Source of the DNA: Candidatus Hermodarchaeota archaeon
Lineage (GTDB): Archaea; Asgardarchaeota; Hermodarchaeia; Hermodarchaeales; Hermodarchaeaceae
DNA length: 30,871 nucleotides
Direction of reading: 5' to 3'
NCBI GenBank assembly: GCA_016839805.1
Contig: JAEOTO010000037.1
Location: forward strand, 1-30,871
Each line of letters opens with the position of its first letter. Within the stretch, counting starts at the first letter, position 1. Shown here piece by piece: positions 1 to 9,486 of the stretch. The notes beneath the pieces were generated by a model. It was given only the letters and a program-made list of their open reading frames with translations. It made no database searches and had not been told where the DNA came from. The position numbers and the translations under genes are program-made.

Positions 1-93
1 AGTGAACTGATGTTTCTTAGAGGGATAGAAGCTTCCTACCCAATCATCATACTTCCACCCGGCTGTGCCTAAGAGAATCACCTTCGCACCCAC
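1..93 (-). CDS. DUF72 (YecE-like) family protein, N-terminal part; runs off the left edge of the window
   Basis: Manual translation from GTG at 93: MGAKVILLGTAGWKYDDWVGSFYPSKKHQFT, matching the DUF72 N-terminal GTxGWxYxxWxGxFYP signature. Not in the ORF track. Confidence 0.85.
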   Translation of the reverse strand, partial: MGAKVILLGTAGWKYDDWVGSFYPSKKHQFT

Positions 94-147
94 ACGTTAA
101 ATCGAGTTTCATTGTGGTACTTGAATATTATGGAGTCCTAGGAAACT

Positions 148-199
148 AAAAATAAAAAGAACTACATCAGCGGATCCACCAGGGCAGAACCCGCCGATG
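148..199 (-). terminator. Hairpin plus U-rich tract downstream of the 241..552 gene
   Basis: On the minus strand, CATCGGCGGGTTC pairs with GGATCCGCTGATG (165-199, includes G-U pairs), followed by TAGTTCTTTTTATTTTT. Confidence 0.55.
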
Positions 200-240
200 G
201 GGTACAATATCCTCACAGGCACTCGTTAATAACGCCCAGA

Positions 241-552
241 TTACTGTGTCACAGTCAGCGTAGAAAGAGCTTTGACGATTTCTTCTGCCGCCATTACACC
301 GCCGAGTACGTCACCAATGACATCAAGGGTCTTCACAGGTTCTGCGCGGAGTGCACAGGTGAAGAGGGTTTCTAGTCCCATATCGGTGCCGATGAGATCT
401 CGCATCATTAAATGTAAGACCATCTTGGCTTCCCGGGCAGGAACATTCTTTGCAGCCTTGGTTTTGAGTAACAGATCAAGGAGTGCTGTGGAGACCGGTT
501 CGCGTTGGTCCTTGGGGATCAACCCCACGACCTTTCGTAATCCTTCACTCAT
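241..552 (-). CDS. Small, probably helical hypothetical protein (~103 aa)
   Basis: ORF 241..564. An SD-like GGTGAGGA lies 5 nt upstream of the ATG at 552 (MSEGLRKVV...), favouring that start. Same strand as the upstream PhoU-type regulator. Confidence 0.75.
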   Translation of the reverse strand: MSEGLRKVVGLIPKDQREPVSTALLDLLLKTKAAKNVPAREAKMVLHLMMRDLIGTDMGLETLFTCALRAEPVKTLDVIGDVLGGVMAAEEIVKALSTLTVTQ

Positions 553-600
553 TGTGATCCTCACCGAAGAGCGTATATTTCTAATACAGCTCTTGCGATA

Positions 601-625
601 TTATATATACAATTAGTATATATAA
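601..625. promoter_or_regulatory. Perfect inverted repeat overlapping a TATA-like element; candidate operator
   Basis: TTATATATAC-AATTA-GTATATATAA (10-5-10), about 50-70 nt upstream of the start at 552. Confidence 0.5.
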
Positions 626-764
626 GTCTTTAACAATCTACGTGAAAGATATTGGTGTATGTAAAGATTTGATTACTAAAAGTTCAATGTTAGTATAAAA
701 AAGAAAACTCAAAAGCCAATCACCAGGCCCAAGGCAGCTTTTTCGGAACAAGATAGGGTTGGAA

Positions 765-1907
765 CTATTTGGGTTTTTTCTTCGCTTTCTTTTTTCTCTT
801 AAACTTCACTTTTGTTTCATTCACTTTCAGAGGAGGTTGTTGGATTTCTAATGCTCGCCAGATGCCACGTTCTGCGATAGTAGTTGCAGCTACAGCGATT
901 TGACTATTGCTTTGGAAAACCTGTTCTAGAACTATCAGCGCAATTTGGCGCGGGCCAAAAAGGGCGCAGGATTCTGGGGTCAGATTGGGTAGCATGTTTT
1001 CGCAGATTGTGACTAGGTGTCGTTCCATTAGGCGTTCAGCTTGTTGGCGCATGGGGGGACAGGTTCCACCCTTCATCATAACTTCATTGGCGAGAGTGTC
1101 ATCGCGAGTGAGAAAGGCTTTGGCAGCGTCTTCGAAAAGGCGAGTGGCGAATTGACCGTTCCGAAGAGCGAGTTTCAGGATTTCCTTTGGGCAGTCATGG
1201 TCGCCTAGGGTTAGAACTGCGTTAGCAATGGCTTTTGATGCGTCAGCAGCGCTATGGATTGCATGGAGAACAAGGGCGTAGTTGATCGCGTCAATGGCAG
1301 TGATATTAATTCGACTCATCACACTCGGATCCAGAAGGGCTCGTCGGAGTTGTTTGTTGACTAAGTAGTAGAATTGATTTACATCTTCGTCAAGGCCAAT
1401 GACGGTTTTGGCCCTGTTCACATCTCGGTTTTGTAGTGCCTTAAGGGAGTCCTTGAGCATGGAGGTAGCTATAGTGTGGGCTCGATAAAGAGCTCGCTCA
1501 ACGTCCATTTCGGTAACTCGGGCTACATTGAGGATTAGTAGGTTGCTTGAGGTGGATTCCATGATTTGATAACCTGTGAGAAGTCGTAAATACTTGCGTA
1601 GCTGGTCACGTTGTTCTGAGGAAATGACACCTTCTGACTGGATCGATATTTCATCGAAATCGGTAAGATAAGCTGCGATCATACGCCGTTCCAATAATCC
1701 GGGCGGATCATCGGGTTTCGTTTTCAAGGTGATAGTTCTCGATTTTTCTCGAGGAATAGTTTGAGGGTATAAGGCTATACTACCGTCTGATTGGGGAATA
1801 AGGACTAACCGGCTTTCTTGGTCCAGTTGATACTTGTCTGCCCATTCTTTTGGTACCGAAACGACAAGAGAGGTTGTCCCAAGCCGCATGACCTTCCGAA
1901 CTTCCAT
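765..1907 (-). CDS. phoU: Archaeal phosphate-uptake regulator-like protein: AbrB/SpoVT-type N-terminal DNA-binding domain plus PhoU domains
   Basis: N-terminus MEVRKVMRLGTTSLVVSVPKEWA is the typical AbrB-like start. LERRMIAAYLTDFDEISI and PhoU helices (MLKDSLKAL...AKTVIGLDEDVNQFYYLV) follow. Lys-rich C-terminal tail. Confidence 0.85.
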   Translation of the reverse strand: MEVRKVMRLGTTSLVVSVPKEWADKYQLDQESRLVLIPQSDGSIALYPQTIPREKSRTITLKTKPDDPPGLLERRMIAAYLTDFDEISIQSEGVISSEQRDQLRKYLRLLTGYQIMESTSSNLLILNVARVTEMDVERALYRAHTIATSMLKDSLKALQNRDVNRAKTVIGLDEDVNQFYYLVNKQLRRALLDPSVMSRINITAIDAINYALVLHAIHSAADASKAIANAVLTLGDHDCPKEILKLALRNGQFATRLFEDAAKAFLTRDDTLANEVMMKGGTCPPMRQQAERLMERHLVTICENMLPNLTPESCALFGPRQIALIVLEQVFQSNSQIAVAATTIAERGIWRALEIQQPPLKVNETKVKFKRKKKAKKKPK

Positions 1908-1975
1908 AATTCAACCCTTCCTAAAGTACACGATGACCTGTTCTGTTTATATATAATAAAGGCACTCCTATCTGA

Positions 1976-1998
1976 TAGGTCGTGCGGTTCACGACCTA
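1976..1998. promoter_or_regulatory. Perfect 9-bp inverted repeat in the divergent promoter region
   Basis: TAGGTCGTG-CGGTT-CACGACCTA, between the divergent genes starting at 1907 (-) and 2056 (+). Confidence 0.35.
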
Positions 1999-2055
1999 CT
2001 TAGAACACTAAAGGGGAATCGAGTAAATCTCGATATTTAGTGTAAAAAATATAAT

Positions 2056-4287
2056 ATGAGGGATTACGTGAAAACTAAAACACTTCTAGTTTTAGTCTTA
2101 GGACTTACATTACTAGCATCTTTTACTGGTTTTCGATATTACTTGATGCCTAATGTTATTGCCGCCTTTTCTAGTGAAGCTGAAGCGACCGAGGATCCAG
2201 TTCCTCATCATCCTGCAGGAACTACAGTGTTCGGGGGCCTCAACTATTCACTTAAAGAGCGAACACATGCCATTGACTTCACCGAGGCAGGTATCTACGA
2301 AGTAGTTTTTGGATTTAGCTGTGGACATGGGCTAAGTGAACAGCTATTCTATATTTTGGGCTATGGTGGTACTCACTATTCACCTCCCTTTGATACAGCT
2401 TTCAATGATAGCGTTTACTATGGTTTGCAAATGTGGTCATTCAGTACTGGTTTTTCTGATAATAATTCACTTCCAGTGACAGTCACAAAGCCTGGTTCAG
2501 TATATCTTACAGTTTCCTCACAATACTTAGACACCCTTGACTACATTTCCTACAACTTCACAGCTTCGGTAGAAGTTCTTGCAAGCAGTGGAACAGTTCT
2601 TACTCTCGACGTTGATAATGATATTACATGGACGGCTGAGAATGAATGGAAATGGCTGCAATTAAGCCTCCCAACTACAGGTCTGTATAACATTACTGCA
2701 ACCCTCACTGTTCCCTATGATTACATGAGTTCAACTACGGCAAATCCGTTAAGTCCCTTCTTCGTACGAGACTATGAACACACCCAACCTTATTCATACT
2801 TCTACTTCTCGGTGGGCATTCCAGGTGGAGGAGTTGGAGTTGCAGAACAAACTAATCAACGAATGATTGCTGTCCCTGATGGGGATTATTTCTTAGCAGT
2901 TCAGAGTCAAGACTTTCTTTATCTAAATGGAGGATCAGTTACACTTACCATCCATATCAGTGAACTCCCAACGCAAGTGTGTTCTGCGGGATCACCTGTC
3001 ACCTTAAACTTTGATACAGTTGATTTCTTTGAATACGTCTTGCTCGATATGCCACAATGGTATGAACACTCTGTAAGCTTTGGAAATCCACAAGGTGCTG
3101 AGTGGCAAGTAATGGGATTCGACCCATACTTCATGTGGCCTTCCGGTCTAGCCTATGCTTACTCTGAGGTCAGTGGACCATATTATCAGGAACAACGTTG
3201 GACTCAAGCTGTCAATATTCCTGTCAACGCATCCCCCAAAGATTCCATCACAGGGAAATTCAACCCTAACTATTGGACGGTCTTTAAAACACAAGTAACT
3301 GATATGAATGGGACTGTGGTCGGTGTCAATCCCATTGGCATGTTTAGTCAATCATTTATACCAATGGTTCCAGTCGCTTTTCAAGCAATGCCAATGATGG
3401 GTGCAACACCAACATTCAACGTTACCCTAACCATACAAAACACCCCTATCCCAACCATCAGTACAGGGATGACTCAAACGTTCAATCTTAATACAACAAT
3501 AGGTCCTGTTGGACACTTCTTTAAAGTGCCACTCCAATCGGGACATATTTATGAGATTATTGCTGATCCAACCGTCTACACAACCGGTGGGACTTACATC
3601 CTGTGGGCGTTTCCCCCCGACGATTACGAAAACTGGTTCTTTCCCAGACTGATGTCAATTGGTTATATGGGGATGGCAGGACTTTACTTCGAATATAATT
3701 CGAGCCGAACCTTGTATTTTACATCGGTGACAAATGGCACGCTTCTAGCATATGTCTTTGCATATCACATGCCACCGTCGTATATCAGTGATATCGAAGA
3801 GATGGAGGTCACAGTGACAGAAACTCCACCAACAGCATATACTTTGAATACTGCAGAAAGCTTCACGCTTGAGCACTTCTTAGCCCTGCGTTTTCCAGTG
3901 CAAGAAAACTTCTACTATGAACTGAATATCGACCTTAACCCCCCCTCTGCGATGATACTAGCCACAATCTTTGATGAGGAGGGAAACACACCGTTCGCCA
4001 TAACAGAACCAGAACTATGGATTGCCGTTTCGCCATTTCTCTATGGATCGAATTTCACGTCCACCTATCTATCGACAAAAACAGGTAATGTGACATTGGT
4101 GATAACACCAAGCATGGCTGCGGGTTTAGGGGGAACGGTAACGGTTGAAATCATTGAACTGCGACCCTTCATCTTGGGACAACTGCCAGGTACTTTACAA
4201 GGACTGCTTATTGCAACTGCTTGGGGAGTCCCCTTGGGAATCGGATTGGCTGCACTGATAAGCTGGTTACGGAGGCGCCGGTTCTGA
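2056..4287 (+). CDS. Secreted, C-terminally membrane-anchored beta-rich surface glycoprotein (paralog 1)
   Basis: N-terminal hydrophobic signal segment, T/Y/V/F-rich beta-strand pattern, many N-X-S/T sequons (NYS, NDS, NFT, NIT, NVT, NTT, NSS), and a C-terminal TM helix followed by WLRRRRF. Confidence 0.8.
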   Translation: MRDYVKTKTLLVLVLGLTLLASFTGFRYYLMPNVIAAFSSEAEATEDPVPHHPAGTTVFGGLNYSLKERTHAIDFTEAGIYEVVFGFSCGHGLSEQLFYILGYGGTHYSPPFDTAFNDSVYYGLQMWSFSTGFSDNNSLPVTVTKPGSVYLTVSSQYLDTLDYISYNFTASVEVLASSGTVLTLDVDNDITWTAENEWKWLQLSLPTTGLYNITATLTVPYDYMSSTTANPLSPFFVRDYEHTQPYSYFYFSVGIPGGGVGVAEQTNQRMIAVPDGDYFLAVQSQDFLYLNGGSVTLTIHISELPTQVCSAGSPVTLNFDTVDFFEYVLLDMPQWYEHSVSFGNPQGAEWQVMGFDPYFMWPSGLAYAYSEVSGPYYQEQRWTQAVNIPVNASPKDSITGKFNPNYWTVFKTQVTDMNGTVVGVNPIGMFSQSFIPMVPVAFQAMPMMGATPTFNVTLTIQNTPIPTISTGMTQTFNLNTTIGPVGHFFKVPLQSGHIYEIIADPTVYTTGGTYILWAFPPDDYENWFFPRLMSIGYMGMAGLYFEYNSSRTLYFTSVTNGTLLAYVFAYHMPPSYISDIEEMEVTVTETPPTAYTLNTAESFTLEHFLALRFPVQENFYYELNIDLNPPSAMILATIFDEEGNTPFAITEPELWIAVSPFLYGSNFTSTYLSTKTGNVTLVITPSMAAGLGGTVTVEIIELRPFILGQLPGTLQGLLIATAWGVPLGIGLAALISWLRRRRF

Positions 4288-4297
4288 GAAGAGGAGG

Positions 4298-6604
4298 TTG
4301 AATTACATGAAAAAACATATTAAAACACACTCTAAAAGGGCTGTTTTATTTAGTCGGGTAGGAATTGCGATTCTGTGCTTTCTTTTAGTCACACTTTGGT
4401 TCGCTAGTCTACCTTTCAACACCTCTGCTCATACTAAGGATTCGAGTTTGACCTTTGAAACTGCTACAGATGTTAAATCAGCATCTGAGAATCCACCCGG
4501 GACTCTTGTAGCTGGTTCTGTTGACTCTGTTGATTCAATGTGGGGAACCACCTATGAAGTTTCTACTCCTGGAATTTATACAATCAGTGTAGATGCTCAC
4601 GCGGTTAATAACCAATATATGCAAGCGTTATACTTTGAAGTCTCTGGGGAAAGTGATATTTACGCACCACCGTTCGATGCAAACACAAGTGGCGAAACTT
4701 CTCTCGATTGGTTTGCCTTTAGTCTATCCACAGGAATGTCAGACACGTATGAAGGGTTTTTCCTTATCTTGAATCCTGGTATCATCACTGTTCGAGGTTA
4801 CAGCTCCGGTTTTATGGGTATATCTTTACCTGGCACTGAATTCACCTTTGATGTTGTTGTAGACTTACATCAAAGTATGGCTACAATAGAAACGCTCTCA
4901 CTGGGTTCCCAAGACCTTAACTGGAACACTGCCAATCAATGGCACCTTTATTCGCTAGATATTTCTGAAGAGGACTTCTACAATATCACAATCGAATGGG
5001 AATACGACTATGATACTCTCATGAGTGACTGGTACTATTTGGCAGATCCATCGTATCTGGTTGATATTGTACATGGCATGAATAATATCTGGGACTGGTT
5101 CTATATGGAAGATTGGATTCCAAGTGGAACTGGAGTCTCTACTGGGATTTACGAGACAATATTACCTTTAGCTCCACAAACATACCTCTGGTATACACGA
5201 ACAGGGAACTTCACCTTATGGGGAGGCTCCTACATCGACATAACCATAACCATTAGCAAATTCAATGCTCCGACAATCAATGTCAGTTCTCCTGGCTCTT
5301 TTATGGTCACTGACACTGACATGTACAAGTATGCTTTTCTCGAGTTTGATCCACAGTATCTTTATACGATCACCCTTGAGCGAATAGCAGGAGATGAGTG
5401 GCATATTGATTCGAATCTCGGCTTAGGGCTTGAATACTCAACATCTACAACTACAATCGAGTGGTCATTGCATGAGGTACACGTATCCTATTATCCAGAC
5501 GGTTATGGCAGATTTTCTTCTGTTATCGGTAGTTCTTATTCTCGAACAAGCTGGTTGTCCAGACGATTAACTACCGTCGATGGTAACCCCGTTACTGGTG
5601 ATTCATGGAGTGGCTCAACTGAGCATCCAGGAGGTTTACTTCCTCTACGCTTATGGGCATTTCCAATGGGTGGATACACTGCCACCTTTGAATACACCGT
5701 TTCGATGTCACGGACTCAAATACCCTTGTTGAACGTCACAACTGCATCCCCTGTTTCTCAACCTACTCGTTCGCCCATGTATGGCACGACAGTGCCCATC
5801 AATACCACCATCGGTCCCCACCGTTATATTTACCGGGTTTCAGCCCAAAGTGGCTATAAATACCTGGTAAAAGCCACGGCTTCCGATTATGACGGCACAG
5901 GATATTCTGCGGTTGGATTAATTCAACCGACCAATGTAGAAAATTGGATGTATTGGCTGGGAGTTCAGCCCTGGGGTGAAGGGTTCTTGTTCACTACAAA
6001 TGGAACAGCAGGTCTAGAGTTCGTTTCTGCAGTAACCGAAGAGGTTTACGTCACAGTATCAGGTGCTCCTGGCCTACCCTCTGGTTATGATACCGAAGAA
6101 CTTACCGTGGAGTTGGAGGAAATCGCACCGACTTCCTATACGCCCAACACCATGGTCACAATTCAACCCAACCGCATCGAAACCTATAGTTTCCCTGTGA
6201 CCGAAGGCTACTCCTATTTGATTCATCTCCAACTATCCGATCCCCAAGGAGTGCTAGCCCTTGGAACGGTGTTTAATGAGATTGGTAATTCACCATTCAA
6301 TATCACTCAACAAAAACTCATCATTATGGCTCTTGCTGGGATTCCAATCTCAACATCATCCACTTTCAGTAGCATTGCATTTGTAGACTATCAAGGTGGA
6401 TACGTAGCAAAGGAGACCGGAACCGTTACCCTCCTTGTAATGGGTTCCAATGAACCTGTGACTCTCTTCATTCAAGTTTGGGAATCAGAAGCAGCTGGAT
6501 TCAACCAAGGGTTCACCTGGGCCCATTGGCTCGGAGCATTAATTATCATTCCAGTGACTTTCGGATTAACATGGCTCGCTTTACGTCGTTGGCGACGTCG
6601 GTAA
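4298..6604 (+). CDS. Secreted, C-terminally membrane-anchored beta-rich surface glycoprotein (paralog 2); the true start may be ATG 4307
   Basis: Same architecture as paralog 1 with colinear motifs (YAPPFD/YSPPFD, NTTIGP, GNSPFNIT/GNTPFAIT). C-terminal TM plus LRRWRRR. SD GAGGAGG upstream; 10-nt gap after paralog 1. Confidence 0.8.
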   Translation: MNYMKKHIKTHSKRAVLFSRVGIAILCFLLVTLWFASLPFNTSAHTKDSSLTFETATDVKSASENPPGTLVAGSVDSVDSMWGTTYEVSTPGIYTISVDAHAVNNQYMQALYFEVSGESDIYAPPFDANTSGETSLDWFAFSLSTGMSDTYEGFFLILNPGIITVRGYSSGFMGISLPGTEFTFDVVVDLHQSMATIETLSLGSQDLNWNTANQWHLYSLDISEEDFYNITIEWEYDYDTLMSDWYYLADPSYLVDIVHGMNNIWDWFYMEDWIPSGTGVSTGIYETILPLAPQTYLWYTRTGNFTLWGGSYIDITITISKFNAPTINVSSPGSFMVTDTDMYKYAFLEFDPQYLYTITLERIAGDEWHIDSNLGLGLEYSTSTTTIEWSLHEVHVSYYPDGYGRFSSVIGSSYSRTSWLSRRLTTVDGNPVTGDSWSGSTEHPGGLLPLRLWAFPMGGYTATFEYTVSMSRTQIPLLNVTTASPVSQPTRSPMYGTTVPINTTIGPHRYIYRVSAQSGYKYLVKATASDYDGTGYSAVGLIQPTNVENWMYWLGVQPWGEGFLFTTNGTAGLEFVSAVTEEVYVTVSGAPGLPSGYDTEELTVELEEIAPTSYTPNTMVTIQPNRIETYSFPVTEGYSYLIHLQLSDPQGVLALGTVFNEIGNSPFNITQQKLIIMALAGIPISTSSTFSSIAFVDYQGGYVAKETGTVTLLVMGSNEPVTLFIQVWESEAAGFNQGFTWAHWLGALIIIPVTFGLTWLALRRWRRR

Positions 6605-6617
6605 AACATTACCCTAT

Positions 6618-6657
6618 CCTGGGAACCATTCGGTTCTCAGGTTCCCTATCTTTTTTT
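6618..6657 (+). terminator. Hairpin plus T7 tract after the surface-protein pair
   Basis: CCTGGGAACC-ATTC-GGTTCTCAGG (6618-6641), then TTTTTTT at 6651-6657, between convergent genes. Confidence 0.6.
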
Positions 6658-6672
6658 AAGAATTCTTATCAT

Positions 6673-8112
6673 TCATTTTTCTAGAGATCGATTGAGAATC
6701 ATAGTATCGTTTTGATGAGTGAAGATTATTTTCCGACCAGATATGAACCAATAAAGTGCAAATAAAACAAAACTTAGGAAGAGAATACCTGGACCTGTCC
6801 ATCTATGTGTCCAAGTGAATGCAAAGCTAACCAGATAATATGCGAGAATGGCAATGAGAAGTCGATAGTCAAATTGGTACCTTACACGTTCAATTATAGT
6901 CAGGACATTTGGTTGTGGTGACTTGACTCGTGGCATCATAACAGTTGCTAGAACAAGAAAGGGAACAATGGCTACTGCGTACCACTTGAAGATTCCTCGA
7001 GGAAAGAAACTGTAGAATGCTAAGGAGATGAGCAACGCATATCCAATAAATTCGTAATGAAACTGCCGAGAACTCGAAGCATTGGAAAAGAGGAGAAAAG
7101 AATACAATAAGACCAGAGTGACGATGAGGGGCATATAACTGTAAATAACGAAGGCAATAAAGTCACGGATGGGGACCGGTAAAAACCAAAAGGATGCGAA
7201 TAACGGGACAGGCATATTCAAGGGCGGCATCATGCCTGAATAAAGAGGGGGCCCAGCAGGTCCAATAATGATTGAGATGTAGTCAAAGGGCATTAGGATG
7301 AGGTAGGGGAGAGAAATCACCAGTACAATGCTAAAAAACACAATGAGCGATTGTGCCAGAGTTCGTAAATTTTTCCGGTAGGCAAAGAAAAAGATGACGG
7401 GAACGAAAATGACGGCGACCTGTTTGGTCATTGTTGCTAGGGCCATAAATACGCTAGCAAGGGTGTATTGGTCTTCAACGAGAAAGAAAATACTGATAAT
7501 CAGAAAGGTGGTGAATACAGCTTCGGCAAACCAACAGAAATCTGTCCACCAGATAGCAATCGGATTAAGAAAGTAGAGAACGGCTGCTAGACTCGCTCGG
7601 AAAGTGGAGTGGCTGATTCGATATGTAATCAGAAAAAGGCAGATGCCAGAAATCAAGTCAAAGAAGACAATACCAAGTACTAAACTGTAACTTCCAGGAA
7701 ACAAAAAGAATGTGACAAGGCTGTACAGAAAAAAGGGTGGGTATAGGTAACTTTGATGACCAGGCACGATTTCGTAAAGTTCTGGGGTATAGGGAAGGTG
7801 GCCTTCAAGAAACTGGGTAGCGAAGGGGAAATAATACCAGGACCAATCATCGTAGTGTTCAAGTATGAGGGGATTACCGACTCCGATGAGGACTCCATGG
7901 GTGGATAGACCAGAAAAAAGAAGTGAGGTTTCCACAACAAGAAGACTCCAAATAAATATCAACGTTTTCACTGCAAATCCGATGATGAGACTAACAACAA
8001 GGGGAAGAAATCGTCGATCTTTGACAAATAAACGGGTGAATGTGGGTAATTTCTGGAGTTGAACTCTTAACCTTAACCTGAATGAATCTGAAGGTGAGGG
8101 TTCTTCAGGCAT
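6673..8112 (-). CDS. GT-C fold polytopic glycosyltransferase (GT87/PIG-M/DUF2029-like, lipid-linked sugar donor)
   Basis: Multi-TM protein. The first external loop has acidic DDW followed by GHLPY...YLYPP; LYFLNP and ATMTKQ motifs follow. Confidence 0.75.
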   Translation of the reverse strand: MPEEPSPSDSFRLRLRVQLQKLPTFTRLFVKDRRFLPLVVSLIIGFAVKTLIFIWSLLVVETSLLFSGLSTHGVLIGVGNPLILEHYDDWSWYYFPFATQFLEGHLPYTPELYEIVPGHQSYLYPPFFLYSLVTFFLFPGSYSLVLGIVFFDLISGICLFLITYRISHSTFRASLAAVLYFLNPIAIWWTDFCWFAEAVFTTFLIISIFFLVEDQYTLASVFMALATMTKQVAVIFVPVIFFFAYRKNLRTLAQSLIVFFSIVLVISLPYLILMPFDYISIIIGPAGPPLYSGMMPPLNMPVPLFASFWFLPVPIRDFIAFVIYSYMPLIVTLVLLYSFLLFSNASSSRQFHYEFIGYALLISLAFYSFFPRGIFKWYAVAIVPFLVLATVMMPRVKSPQPNVLTIIERVRYQFDYRLLIAILAYYLVSFAFTWTHRWTGPGILFLSFVLFALYWFISGRKIIFTHQNDTMILNRSLEK

Positions 8113-8205
8113 GATCCAATTCCCCGTGCTACTCGAGGTGAATTCACAAAAGCTTTTCCTGTTATGTTTAATCTATACTCACTAACTATTGATGCGATGT
8201 TTTAG

Positions 8206-8880
8206 GTGGCTATGATGGTCCAACCCTATTCTGATAGGTGTGCAGCTGGGAAGATTCTAGCCCAAAAAATTTGTGCGCTAAACCTCCAAGAAACCGTACT
8301 TGTATTGGCAATTCCAAATGGAGGCCTCGCAGTAGCGGTACCCATCGCGGAGACTTTAACTGCTGACCTAGACTTGCTGATAGTACGAAAATTACAAATC
8401 CCATATAATCCCGAAGCGGGATTCGGGGCAATCAGCTCTCTGGGCACTGTGATTCTGAATGAACCACTTGTCGCTCATCTAGGATTAAGTCAGTCTCAAA
8501 TTCAATCAGTCATCCAACGAACCAAAACGCAAATCGAAACTCGTCAAACCGCTTATGCAGGATTGGTTGGTCAACAAAGCCCCGATGGCCGGATTGTGAT
8601 TTTAGTGGATGATGGCTTAGCTTCCGGATATACGATGCTGGCAGCTATCCAATCAGTGCGGGCTCGAGGTCCCCAGAAAATTATTGTTGCAGTTCCAACC
8701 GGTTCTGCTACTGCCGTGTCACGGGTTCGCGACCAAGTTGATATGCTAATTTGTCCGCATGTCGGATCAGCTTACGTGTTTGCTGTAGCGGATGCTTATC
8801 AGAACTGGTATGATATACCAGAAGATGAGGTCATTGCACTCCTACGTCAATTCCATGAAAAAAATTGTGAAACTGACTAG
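8206..8880 (+). CDS. Phosphoribosyltransferase family protein
   Basis: DRCAAGKILA, VLAIPNGG, VRKLQIPYNPEAGFGAI, and PRPP-binding loop VILVDDGLASGYTM. Confidence 0.9.
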   Translation: MAMMVQPYSDRCAAGKILAQKICALNLQETVLVLAIPNGGLAVAVPIAETLTADLDLLIVRKLQIPYNPEAGFGAISSLGTVILNEPLVAHLGLSQSQIQSVIQRTKTQIETRQTAYAGLVGQQSPDGRIVILVDDGLASGYTMLAAIQSVRARGPQKIIVAVPTGSATAVSRVRDQVDMLICPHVGSAYVFAVADAYQNWYDIPEDEVIALLRQFHEKNCETD

Positions 8881-9323
8881 TAGGTAACTTTGATTTCCAT
8901 GTCGTGACCGGTTATATCGGGTCGACCTTTGACTGCAATAACACCTTTCAACATCCATGTTGTCCGTGCATTTTGACTTTGATATGTGGGTGGAATTCCT
9001 GGTGGTAAATGAACGTTGAAAGGAATATCTTGAGCAAATCCATCTGTAAATTGCATTTGTCCCTGAACTGAGTGTTTTCCTTCGTGGAGAATCTTATTTT
9101 GCTGCGCACTCACAGTGATAGTCTGTTCTCCTTGTTTTTTCTGTTCAGTAGCCTGGACCCACTCTGTTACCCAGATCTCAAGACGTATTTCTTCTGCATC
9201 AAATTCCTCAGATGATGAGACGTTCATTGTCCCTGTGAGCCCTTGTCTGAGGCTTTGATATTCATTATCAAATCGTACAGTAACCGTACCTTTGGGAGTT
9301 TTTAATCGATCAAGAAAGCCCAT
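8877..9323 (-). CDS. Single-domain arrestin-N/Spo0M-like beta-sandwich protein
   Basis: MGFLDRL start, LTGTMNV, IRLEIWVTE, and IPFNVHLPPGIPPTYQSQNARTTWMLKGVI, resembling the arrestin-fold FxFxLPxxLPxS/T...YxxK pattern. Confidence 0.7.
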   Translation of the reverse strand: MGFLDRLKTPKGTVTVRFDNEYQSLRQGLTGTMNVSSSEEFDAEEIRLEIWVTEWVQATEQKKQGEQTITVSAQQNKILHEGKHSVQGQMQFTDGFAQDIPFNVHLPPGIPPTYQSQNARTTWMLKGVIAVKGRPDITGHDMEIKVTY

Positions 9324-9486
9324 GCTTCATCAAACCTCTTATTGGAATTAGGCAAAGCCTAAGAACACCTCTCGAAAATCGAAATAAAAGTCTGCTCCTA
9401 ACTATTGAAGAGCTCTACTCTAATTGCGATTACATAGTTATGCATTCCATTTCCAAATTCATTGGGTCGCAAGAGAAGCATTGATT

